Origin: an uncultured Vicingus sp. | Lineage (GTDB): Bacteria; Bacteroidota; Bacteroidia; Flavobacteriales_E; Vicingaceae | Length of the DNA stretch: 64,000 nt | Assembly: GCA_964360245.1 (NCBI GenBank) | Contig: CAYHWX010000003.1 | Span: 2,307-66,306, forward strand | Reading direction: 5' to 3' | Part shown: piece after piece, positions 37,229 to 45,380 of the stretch | Position numbering within the stretch: position 1 is the first letter of the stretch | Layout: each line of letters starts with the position of its first letter | Program-made: the position numbers and the translations under genes | The notes under the pieces: generated by a model | Seen by the model: the letters and a program-made list of their open reading frames with translations, nothing else | Databases searched by the model: none | What the model was told of the DNA's origin: nothing

Positions 37229-38644
37229 ATGAAAAAATATTATTTAGGAATCGATTTAGGCTCAACTACTTCCAAAGCAGTTATCATTAACGAAAATGAT
37301 GAAATTATAGGAAGAGGAATAACTAACACCAGAGCTAATTATAAAGTTGCAGCTGATATAGCTCGTGAAGAAGCTATTTATGATGCTCGTTTTACTTTAT
37401 TAACCAATAAACTTCATGTTGAAATTGACTCTAAACCAGAGTTTAAAAAATACATGAAAGACCTAAGAAGTGTTTTTCAGTATGGACAATTTAAACGAAG
37501 AATGGATAGTTTAGAAAAAACCTTAAAGGAAACAGTTGATTCATACACTTATAGTAATAAAGATCAAGTTGCTAAGGAAATATTTAAGATTATAGAAGTT
37601 ATTCGTCCTCAAATTCGACATGAGTTTGTAAATGAAAACTTAGGATCTAAAAATCAATTTTTTAGAGATATTGTTAGCGAAAGATATAACAGCGAAGTTG
37701 AAAAAGCTGATAAAACACTTTTTGAACCTTTAATGTTAGCTTTTGATAAAAGTATTACTCCTGTAGAAAACGAAATGGTTCAATTTATCTTTAAAGAGTT
37801 AGTTGATGAATCAATGAAAATTCTAGAAGAGAAGTACAAAGGATTGGCTGATCAACCAAATGATGAAAACAAGGAAGATTGGTATTATGCTGAATTAAAC
37901 GCTGTAAAGGATAATTATAAAACTGTTGAAAGTACGCTAAGTAACCATATAGCATCTATTGCAAATGAAGATATTCATATAGCTAATATGGTTGGAACAG
38001 GGTATGGTCGTGCGTTGCTTCCATTTCCTGAAGACTGTATTAAATCTGAAATTCTTTGTCATGCTTTTGGAGCTCACGCTATTTTTCCAAATACTAGAAC
38101 TGTTTTAGATATTGGAGGGCAAGATACCAAAGCCATTCAAGTTGATAGTCACGGCTTAGTAACCAGTTTTCATATGAATGATAGATGTGCTGCAGGTTGT
38201 GGAAGATATTTAGGCTATATTGCCGATGAGTTTGGAATTTCATTAAATGAATTAGGTCCAGAAGCAATGAAATCAGATAAAGAAACAGTAATTTGTTCCA
38301 CTTGTACTGTATTTGCAGGTGCAGAGGTAAAAGAGTTGCTGCACAATGGAGAAGAAAGACCTAATATTTTAGCAGGATTGCATAAATCTATTGTTCAACG
38401 AGCGATGTCTTTAATTGCTCGCTCTGGAGGAGTAAAAAACGAGTTTACCTTCACAGGAGGTGTCGCTCGTAACCAAGCAGTATTAAAGTATGTAAAGCAA
38501 ATGGTTACCGAATCATACGGAGAAGTAACTATGAATATTCATACCGATTCAATATTTATGGGAGCATTGGGTGGAGCTATGTTCGCCTTAAGAAACATTG
38601 ATGTGGATTTGCCAACTAAACAAAAAGAAGAAAAAATAGCATAA
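37229..38644 (+). CDS. BcrA/BadF-like ATPase subunit (BadF/BadG/BcrA/BcrD family, long form)
   Basis: ASKHA N-terminus YYLGIDLGSTTSKAV, followed by a helical insertion of about 170 aa. The cluster-ligand motifs are MNDRCAAGCGRYL and CSTCTVFAGAEV. Confidence 0.7.
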   Translation: MKKYYLGIDLGSTTSKAVIINENDEIIGRGITNTRANYKVAADIAREEAIYDARFTLLTNKLHVEIDSKPEFKKYMKDLRSVFQYGQFKRRMDSLEKTLKETVDSYTYSNKDQVAKEIFKIIEVIRPQIRHEFVNENLGSKNQFFRDIVSERYNSEVEKADKTLFEPLMLAFDKSITPVENEMVQFIFKELVDESMKILEEKYKGLADQPNDENKEDWYYAELNAVKDNYKTVESTLSNHIASIANEDIHIANMVGTGYGRALLPFPEDCIKSEILCHAFGAHAIFPNTRTVLDIGGQDTKAIQVDSHGLVTSFHMNDRCAAGCGRYLGYIADEFGISLNELGPEAMKSDKETVICSTCTVFAGAEVKELLHNGEERPNILAGLHKSIVQRAMSLIARSGGVKNEFTFTGGVARNQAVLKYVKQMVTESYGEVTMNIHTDSIFMGALGGAMFALRNIDVDLPTKQKEEKIA

Positions 38645-38663
38645 TAATTTAATATTTAAAATA

Positions 38664-39518
38664 ATGAGTAGCACTATATATACAATGGGAATCGACGTAG
38701 GTGGAAGTTACGTTAAAGGCGTAATTATGACCTACGACAATGAAACAGGTAATCATAAAATCGTTGATAAACAAACCGAAAAAATTAGAAAAAGAGATCC
38801 AAAAGATGTGGTTGTTGATACGATTGATATGTTATTAGAGCGTAATCATTTAAATTACGATAAAGACATCGCTTATCTTGCTTCCACAGGAGAAGGTGAA
38901 ATGGTTACTAAAAAAACAGGACATTTTTATGGTATGACAACTCACTCACGTGGAGGAATATTTTTTGCACCTGGGGCAAAAACTGTTGTCGATTTGGGAG
39001 GGTTATATGTTAGAGCCATAAAAATTGACGAAAGAGGAAAAGTTATCGATTATAAAATGACTGGTCAATGTGCCTCAGGCTCTGGTCAATTTATTGAAAA
39101 TATATCTAGGTATTTGGGCTTAGCTATTGAAGAAGTTGGTCCAATTTCTTTAAAAGCAGATCACCCAGAAGTACCTTCAGGAATTTGTGCAGTTTTAGCA
39201 GAAACAGATGTAATTAATTTGGTATCGAAAGGACTCTCAACTGCTAATATAGTGAAAGGAATTAATTTATCTATTGCAGGTAGAGCCGTAAAATTATTGG
39301 GAGCTCTTAAAGCAGAATCTCCAATTGCTTTGGTAGGAGGAATGGGAATGAATGTGGGTATGATACAAGCAATTAGAGAGCTATCTCAAGAAAAAGGAAT
39401 TGCAGATTTAGAATTTGTTGCTCATCCTGATGCTATTTATTCTGGTGCTGTTGGTGCTGCTCTTTGGGGAGGTTTTAGATATTATAAATTGAAAGAAAAA
39501 GGTGCTGTGATTGTATAA
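38664..39518 (+). CDS. BcrD/BadG-like ATPase subunit (BadF/BadG/BcrA/BcrD family, short form)
   Basis: 284 aa with MGIDVGGSYVKGV, MTGQCASGSGQFIENI and SGICAVLAETDVI. Confidence 0.7.
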   Translation: MSSTIYTMGIDVGGSYVKGVIMTYDNETGNHKIVDKQTEKIRKRDPKDVVVDTIDMLLERNHLNYDKDIAYLASTGEGEMVTKKTGHFYGMTTHSRGGIFFAPGAKTVVDLGGLYVRAIKIDERGKVIDYKMTGQCASGSGQFIENISRYLGLAIEEVGPISLKADHPEVPSGICAVLAETDVINLVSKGLSTANIVKGINLSIAGRAVKLLGALKAESPIALVGGMGMNVGMIQAIRELSQEKGIADLEFVAHPDAIYSGAVGAALWGGFRYYKLKEKGAVIV

Positions 39519-39542
39519 ATAATAATTCAAATATCTTTATTG

Positions 39543-41678
39543 ATGGAAACAGAAATGAAAAATGAAACAAAAAAAGTAACTGGGGTAACTCATGAATTAG
39601 ATTCTCTTTTCAAACCTAAATCAATTGCCATCATTGGTGCATCATCTAAAGAACTTTCTATAGGAAATGTTATTATCAAAAACTTAGTTCATTTTGGTTA
39701 TACTGGTCCAATCTATCCTATCAATCCGAAAGAACCAGAAATTAGAGGGATTAAAGCCTACCCAACTATATTCGATGTGCCTTATGAGATTGAGGCCGCA
39801 CACATAATCATTCCAAGCAAATTTGTTCCTCAAATAATTGAGGATTGTGGGAAAAAAGGAATAAAATCTGTTATCATCAATTCTGCTGGGTTTAGTGAAA
39901 TGGGCGAAGAAGGAATGGCTTTACAAAAAGCATTTTTAGCAAAAGCAAAAGAATATGGTGTACGTATTTTCGGACCAAATTGTCAGGGAATTATCAATTG
40001 CGACCCTGAATACAATGCCTATTGCGATTTTACTTTTACGTTTCCAAAACCGGGTTCAATTTCAATTGTTGCATTAAGCGGAGGTGTTGGAGCGTTTATT
40101 ATGCAAAGCCTTTTTGATTTAGAAATAGGCATGCGTATGTATGCTTCTAACGGAAATGCCTGCGATGTTTCTATTCCTGATGTGGTAGAATATTACGGTG
40201 AAGACGAAGGAACTAAAGCCATTATTTTATATACAGAAGGATTTTCCAACCCGGCAGCATTTATGGAGGTTGCTAAAAAAGTAGCCAAGAAAAAACCAAT
40301 TCTTGCCATGAAAGCGGGTCGTACCGAAGAAGGTGCAAAAGCTGCGGCTTCACACACAGGCTCATTAGCAGGAGTTGATATCGCAACTGAATTAATTTTT
40401 GAAAAAATAGGCATTCTTACTTTCAATAATGAAGAAGAAATGTGTCAAACTTCCATGGCGTTTGCAACTCAACCTATCCCGAAAGGAAACCGGGTGGGAA
40501 TTATTACCAATACGGGCGGACCCGCAGTTATTGCAACCGACGAATTGGTAAGTGCAGGAATGGTTTTACCTCCGTTATCGGAAAAAGCAAAAAAAGTTTT
40601 AACTGAAACCATGTTGCCAGAAGCGAGCATTAACAATCCTATTGATGTGGTGGCTACTGGTGGTGGACAACATTTTAGAAGTGCGTTAGATGTATTGATG
40701 AACGAAGATACGATTGATTCTATCTACATCAATTTTGTTACTGCACCTTTTACCGATACCGATGAAGTAGCTCGACAAATTGTGGAAGTGAGCAACATGA
40801 AAAAGAAACCGATTGTTTGTAATTTTATGACCAACCAAAGCATGGAGCGTTATCAAATTACCACCAAAATAATGAAAGATGGTGGTGTTCCATGTTATGC
40901 GTTCCCTACTACCGCAGCAAAAGCTTTGGGAGCATTGTACAAATACCATCAAGTGAGTACCCGAAATATTGGTGAAGCAAAAGTTTTTGCAGATGTAAAA
41001 AAAGATAATGCTCTCGCCATCATCAACGAAGCAAAAAAAGAGGGAAAATCTTTCCTTTCTTCTTCTCAGGTTTATAAGTTATTAGCTCAATACGGAATTC
41101 CGGTTGCCGATTGGAGGATAGCCGATTCTATTGATGATGCTGTTAAAGCTGCCGCTGAAATTGGTTTCCCGGTTGTTGTTAAAGCCGATGCCGAATCGTT
41201 GGTTCACAAAAGTGATATGGGCGGAGTTGCCATCAACTTAAAAAATGAAGCAGAAGTTAGAACAGTGGTTGAAAACATGAAAGCCAAATTTAATGCTCCC
41301 GATTTGAAATTCTTTATCCAAAAATTCTTACCCGGAGGCAGAGAATTAATAGCTGGTGTAAGTGCTAAAAAAGATTTAGGGCACTTAATCATGTTTGGTA
41401 TTGGTGGTATTTACGTTGAAGTACTGAAAGATGTAGTTTTTAAAATTGCACCAGTTACTGAAGTTGAAGCCAACGAAATGCTTACCAAAATTAAAGCAGC
41501 AAAATTATTAGATGGCGTTCGTGGAGAAAAAGGAATTGATAAAAAAAGTGTTATTGAAATTATTCAACGGTTATCGCAATTAGTTGTCGATTTACCAATG
41601 ATTCAAGAAATGGATTTAAACCCCATCATGGCTTTTGAAGATAAAGCTTTTGTGGTGGATGCTAGAATTAAAATTTGA
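39543..41678 (+). CDS. NDP(ADP)-forming acyl-CoA synthetase, fused alpha-beta (acetate--CoA ligase family)
   Basis: N-terminal CoA-binding domain (KSIAIIGASSK), phospho-His loop AASHTGSLAG and a C-terminal ATP-grasp domain. The track start 39540 is a TTG; the ATG is at 39543. Confidence 0.8.
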   Translation: METEMKNETKKVTGVTHELDSLFKPKSIAIIGASSKELSIGNVIIKNLVHFGYTGPIYPINPKEPEIRGIKAYPTIFDVPYEIEAAHIIIPSKFVPQIIEDCGKKGIKSVIINSAGFSEMGEEGMALQKAFLAKAKEYGVRIFGPNCQGIINCDPEYNAYCDFTFTFPKPGSISIVALSGGVGAFIMQSLFDLEIGMRMYASNGNACDVSIPDVVEYYGEDEGTKAIILYTEGFSNPAAFMEVAKKVAKKKPILAMKAGRTEEGAKAAASHTGSLAGVDIATELIFEKIGILTFNNEEEMCQTSMAFATQPIPKGNRVGIITNTGGPAVIATDELVSAGMVLPPLSEKAKKVLTETMLPEASINNPIDVVATGGGQHFRSALDVLMNEDTIDSIYINFVTAPFTDTDEVARQIVEVSNMKKKPIVCNFMTNQSMERYQITTKIMKDGGVPCYAFPTTAAKALGALYKYHQVSTRNIGEAKVFADVKKDNALAIINEAKKEGKSFLSSSQVYKLLAQYGIPVADWRIADSIDDAVKAAAEIGFPVVVKADAESLVHKSDMGGVAINLKNEAEVRTVVENMKAKFNAPDLKFFIQKFLPGGRELIAGVSAKKDLGHLIMFGIGGIYVEVLKDVVFKIAPVTEVEANEMLTKIKAAKLLDGVRGEKGIDKKSVIEIIQRLSQLVVDLPMIQEMDLNPIMAFEDKAFVVDARIKI

Positions 41679-41704
41679 AAATTAATCAATTTGTTAGTTC
41701 GAGT

Positions 41705-41725
41705 GCCACACCTTTATTGTGTGGC
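41705..41725 (+). other. hairpin GCCACAC-cctttatt... GTGTGGC in the spacer after the acyl-CoA synthetase gene
   Basis: 7-bp G/C-containing stem with a 7-nt loop, flanked by a 5-bp outer stem (AGTTC/GAACT). No U-tract follows. Confidence 0.35.
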
Positions 41726-41751
41726 GTATCGAGAACTTAAAAATAAAAACT

Positions 41752-42987
41752 ATGGAACAAGAAAAAAAACCTTACAAAATTGAATCAGCAAAATTGATGA
41801 AGAAAATAATGGGAGATTATTTTCTAGGTTTTAAAGATACCAAGAAAAAAATTGCTTGGTGTACCAGTGTTGGTCCTGCTGAATTATTACGATCTTTTGG
41901 ATTTGAAGTGCATTTTCCAGAAAATCATGGAGCATTGTTAGGTGCAACACGAACTGCTAACGATTTTATTCCTGAGGCCACTAAATTGGGGTATTCGAAT
42001 GATATTTGCTCTTATTTAACAGCAGATTTGGGCTCCTACATGTTAAAGCAAACACCATTACAAGAACATTATGGATTAGAAGGTCCTCCAAAACCAGATT
42101 TGATTGTCTATAATACCAATCAATGCAGAGAGGTACAAGATTGGTTTACTTATTTTGCTAGAGAATTTAACTGTCCAATTTATGGAATAAGACCTCCACG
42201 ACATGTTGATGAAGTGACTCAAAGTGATATTGAAGATGTTGCCACTCAATTTAAAGGAATGATTCCAATGTGTGAAAAAGCAAGTGGAAATAAATTTGAT
42301 ATGGAGAAATTTAGAGAAACGATTAGATTAAGTAAAGAAGCTACTGATTTATGGAAAGAGGTATTATGGACTGCAACATCTTCACCTTCGCCCATCAGCT
42401 TTTTTGATGCTACTATTCACATGGGCCCAATTGTAGTTTTAAGAGGCACTCAAGTTGCCAAAGATTATTACACAACACTTTTAAATGAATTAAAAGGAAA
42501 CATTGATAAAGGTATCGGATTTATTGAAGACGAAAAATGTAGAATTTATTGGGATGGAATGCCAATTTGGGGTAAACTTAGACCGCTCTCCGAATTGTTT
42601 CTTCAAAATGGGGCAGCTGTGGTTGCTTCAACATACTGTAACAGTTGGGTTTTTGATGCATTTGATCCAAAACATCCTTTCGAATCTTCAGCCAAAGCAT
42701 ATACAGAGATTTTTATCAATAGAAGTGAAGAAGCCAAAGAAAAATTATTAATTGCATTAGTTAAAGATTTTCGAATAGATGGAATAATTTTCCATGATGC
42801 CAAAACTTGCTTCAATAACTCTAATTCTAACTTCGGAATGCCTCAACGAATTACTGCTAAATTGGGTATTCCAACTTTAATTATTGAAGGCGATTTGTGT
42901 GATTTACGTTTTTATTCAGAAGGTCAGAGCATTACTAAAATTGAAACTTTTATAGAGCAGATTGTAGATGCTAAAGTAACTTGTTAA
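41752..42987 (+). CDS. single-copy BCR/2-hydroxyacyl-CoA dehydratase family subunit (possibly double-cubane-cluster-protein-like)
   Basis: 411 aa from the ATG at 41752 (the track start 41719 is a GTG inside a hairpin). KIAWCTSVGPAELLRSFGFEVHFPENHGA plus multiple conserved-looking Cys residues. No second core subunit is adjacent. Confidence 0.6.
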   Translation: MEQEKKPYKIESAKLMKKIMGDYFLGFKDTKKKIAWCTSVGPAELLRSFGFEVHFPENHGALLGATRTANDFIPEATKLGYSNDICSYLTADLGSYMLKQTPLQEHYGLEGPPKPDLIVYNTNQCREVQDWFTYFAREFNCPIYGIRPPRHVDEVTQSDIEDVATQFKGMIPMCEKASGNKFDMEKFRETIRLSKEATDLWKEVLWTATSSPSPISFFDATIHMGPIVVLRGTQVAKDYYTTLLNELKGNIDKGIGFIEDEKCRIYWDGMPIWGKLRPLSELFLQNGAAVVASTYCNSWVFDAFDPKHPFESSAKAYTEIFINRSEEAKEKLLIALVKDFRIDGIIFHDAKTCFNNSNSNFGMPQRITAKLGIPTLIIEGDLCDLRFYSEGQSITKIETFIEQIVDAKVTC

Positions 42988-42991
42988 GTTA

Positions 42992-43456
42992 ATGAAAAAA
43001 AGTAACAACATACCAAATTTTAATCCATCAATTGACGGAGGAAAACTTTCTGCTCAAGAAATTACTACTTTACTAAAAACAACTTGTAATTATGTTGATT
43101 ATGTTGAATTTACACAAAATAATAAAGAGCAATTGGTAGCGTTAATTTTCCCTAATAAGCAACTATTAAAAAACCCTGATTATCAAAAAACCCCTGAAGA
43201 AGGATGTTTTTGTCCACGAAATTTGGATGAGGTTGGCAGATGTTTAACAGGTTGTTTAAAAAAGGCAAATGCTGATTTAACCAACAAAAAAACGCCTATT
43301 TCTTTAGCTATTATTGTTGGTGAAAAATATACTGCTGAAAATGGAAAATTAACCGATTTAGGAGTCGAAAAAATTAAAAACATCATTGACCAACATAAAA
43401 ACCATTCCGCTGTTGATGATGTGTATATTATTGATTTGGAAACAACAATGGGCTAA
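42992..43456 (+). CDS. hypothetical Cys-rich protein
   Basis: 154 aa with a CxC-x9-C-x3-C motif (EEGCFCPRNLDEVGRCLTGC). Tightly packed between the two neighbouring genes. Confidence 0.45.
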   Translation: MKKSNNIPNFNPSIDGGKLSAQEITTLLKTTCNYVDYVEFTQNNKEQLVALIFPNKQLLKNPDYQKTPEEGCFCPRNLDEVGRCLTGCLKKANADLTNKKTPISLAIIVGEKYTAENGKLTDLGVEKIKNIIDQHKNHSAVDDVYIIDLETTMG

Positions 43457-43479
43457 ACCCCCATGTCAAAACGAATAAA

Positions 43480-45348
43480 ATGAGTAAAAAAAATAAAATA
43501 CGTGTTGGCGTTATCGGTCTTGGACCTGTTGGGATGATATTGGCTGTAAAATTACAGGAAGCAGGTTGTGAGGTGGCTTTGTGCGAAGTAAACGAAGTAA
43601 AAGCCAATAAAATTAAAACCGAAGGATTGATACTTGAAAATGTAATCCAGCAAAAAGCAAAATTCGACAAAGTACACACTTCTATTGCAGAACTTGAAGG
43701 TTGGGATGCTGATTATTTGTTTTTTGCATTAAAGTCAAACCAAACTGCTATTGCTGTTACACAATCTCAAATCTTGAATACCGAAAAATTAACTGTAATT
43801 TCTGCACAAAATGGAATAGACGTTGAACAATTATTGGTAGCTGGCTTTGGAGAAAATAAAACCATGCGTTTTGTAGTTAATTTTGCTGGAAATTCTTCCT
43901 CACCAAATACTACAAAAGTTACTTTTTTTACACCACCAAACTATATCGGTTCTATTAATGATACGTGTGCAAATAAAGCAAAAGAAATTGCCGATTTATT
44001 AACTTCAGTTTCTTTAGATACAAAAGCTACCGACTCTTTTGAATTGCTAAAAAGAATTTGGGAAAAAACAATCTTAAACGCAGCACTTAGTCCGTTATGT
44101 GGTGTAAGTCGTTTAACTATGGCTGAAGCCATGAGCGACCACGACACTGTTGAATTAATTGAACAAATAATAAAAGAAGGAATTGATGTAGCTGAAGCAG
44201 AAAAAATTCGTTTTCCCGATGATTTTGTTCGTCAATGTATGCGTTATCTCAAAAAAGGTGGCGACCACTTTCCTTCACTTGCCGTAGATTTAATAAATAA
44301 TCGTCCTACAGAAATTGATTACTTTAATGGTAAAATTGTAGAATACGGTCGTAAACATTACGTACGAACTTCATTAAATTTGGCATTTACCAACATGGTG
44401 AAAGCCATGACCAACAAAAATATTGTTTCCAGAATTCCTGGTGCTACAGGCGATGTTAATAAAAAAATTCTCGGCAAAGGATTAATAAACAAAGAATACG
44501 ATCCAACTTCACATAAAAATGAACAATGCTTTTTAGGTATCGATTTGGGTTCTGCTTATGCTAAATTTAGCATTGTTGACGAAAAAGGAACAATTATTTT
44601 TAGATACTTTTTGCCATCGCTGGGTAACGATAAACAAGCGTTTAAGAATGTAATGCAAACCATTGCTACCAACTTTAATATCAAATACAGTTGTGCTACA
44701 GGTTATGGTCGAAAACATTTCACAGAAACTGATATTGTTAAAACTGAAATAAACTGTGCTGCAGTAGGCGTTTCATATTTTCATAAAGGCGAAAAAAATA
44801 TTATTGACATCGGAGGTGAAGACATTAAAGTGATTCATTGTGATAAAGATAATAATGTGGCAAACTTTTACATGAACGACAAGTGTGCAGCAGGAACTGG
44901 CTCATTTTTAGCCGAAATTGCAGAAAGAGTAAATATCAATATTGCAGACATGAGTAGCTTAGCATCACTCTCAAAATACGACAAAGAATTGAATAGTTTT
45001 TGTACTGTTTTTGCCAAAACAGAAATTATGAATTGGATTTTTGATGGCATGTCGTTAGAGGATATTTCTAGAGGTATTTATATTTCTATTGCCAACAAAG
45101 TAGCTAAAATGCGTTTAGATGCTGGTGTTCCAACTTTTATGATTGGCGGCGTTGTGGAGCATCATCCTTATCTAAAAGACCTTTTAAACGAAAAATTTAA
45201 TAAAAACATTCAAATTATTGAACATCCGCAATATACTGTATCTTTTGGTGCAGCAATTGTTGCTATGCAAAATTTTAATAAGGGGAAAGGGGCAGACGAA
45301 AGGGACGAGGGAAAGGTAAATCTCGAAACTCTAATTCCCAAACTCTAA
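43480..45348 (+). CDS. fusion protein: ketopantoate-reductase (ApbA/PanE) family oxidoreductase + BadF/BadG/BcrA/BcrD-type activase ATPase
   Basis: The N-terminal 310 aa carry VGVIGLGPVG, IWEKTILNA and SLAVDLINNRPTEIDYFNG (PanE signature). After a linker of about 45 aa, the C-terminal 270 aa carry LGIDLGSAYAKF, MNDKCAAGTGSFLAEI and NSFCTVFAKTEIM (HgdC-like activator). Confidence 0.7.
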   Translation: MSKKNKIRVGVIGLGPVGMILAVKLQEAGCEVALCEVNEVKANKIKTEGLILENVIQQKAKFDKVHTSIAELEGWDADYLFFALKSNQTAIAVTQSQILNTEKLTVISAQNGIDVEQLLVAGFGENKTMRFVVNFAGNSSSPNTTKVTFFTPPNYIGSINDTCANKAKEIADLLTSVSLDTKATDSFELLKRIWEKTILNAALSPLCGVSRLTMAEAMSDHDTVELIEQIIKEGIDVAEAEKIRFPDDFVRQCMRYLKKGGDHFPSLAVDLINNRPTEIDYFNGKIVEYGRKHYVRTSLNLAFTNMVKAMTNKNIVSRIPGATGDVNKKILGKGLINKEYDPTSHKNEQCFLGIDLGSAYAKFSIVDEKGTIIFRYFLPSLGNDKQAFKNVMQTIATNFNIKYSCATGYGRKHFTETDIVKTEINCAAVGVSYFHKGEKNIIDIGGEDIKVIHCDKDNNVANFYMNDKCAAGTGSFLAEIAERVNINIADMSSLASLSKYDKELNSFCTVFAKTEIMNWIFDGMSLEDISRGIYISIANKVAKMRLDAGVPTFMIGGVVEHHPYLKDLLNEKFNKNIQIIEHPQYTVSFGAAIVAMQNFNKGKGADERDEGKVNLETLIPKL

Positions 45349-45374
45349 ACACGAAACATTGAACTTTAAACTTA
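45326..45374 (+). repeat. 7-nt-phased AAAC-NNN array (7 units) spanning the stop codon of the fusion gene
   Basis: AAACTCT AATTCCC AAACTCT AAACACG AAACATT GAACTTT AAACTTA, preceded by a purine-rich stretch (45281-45320). Confidence 0.8.
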
Positions 45375-45380
45375 ATTAAT

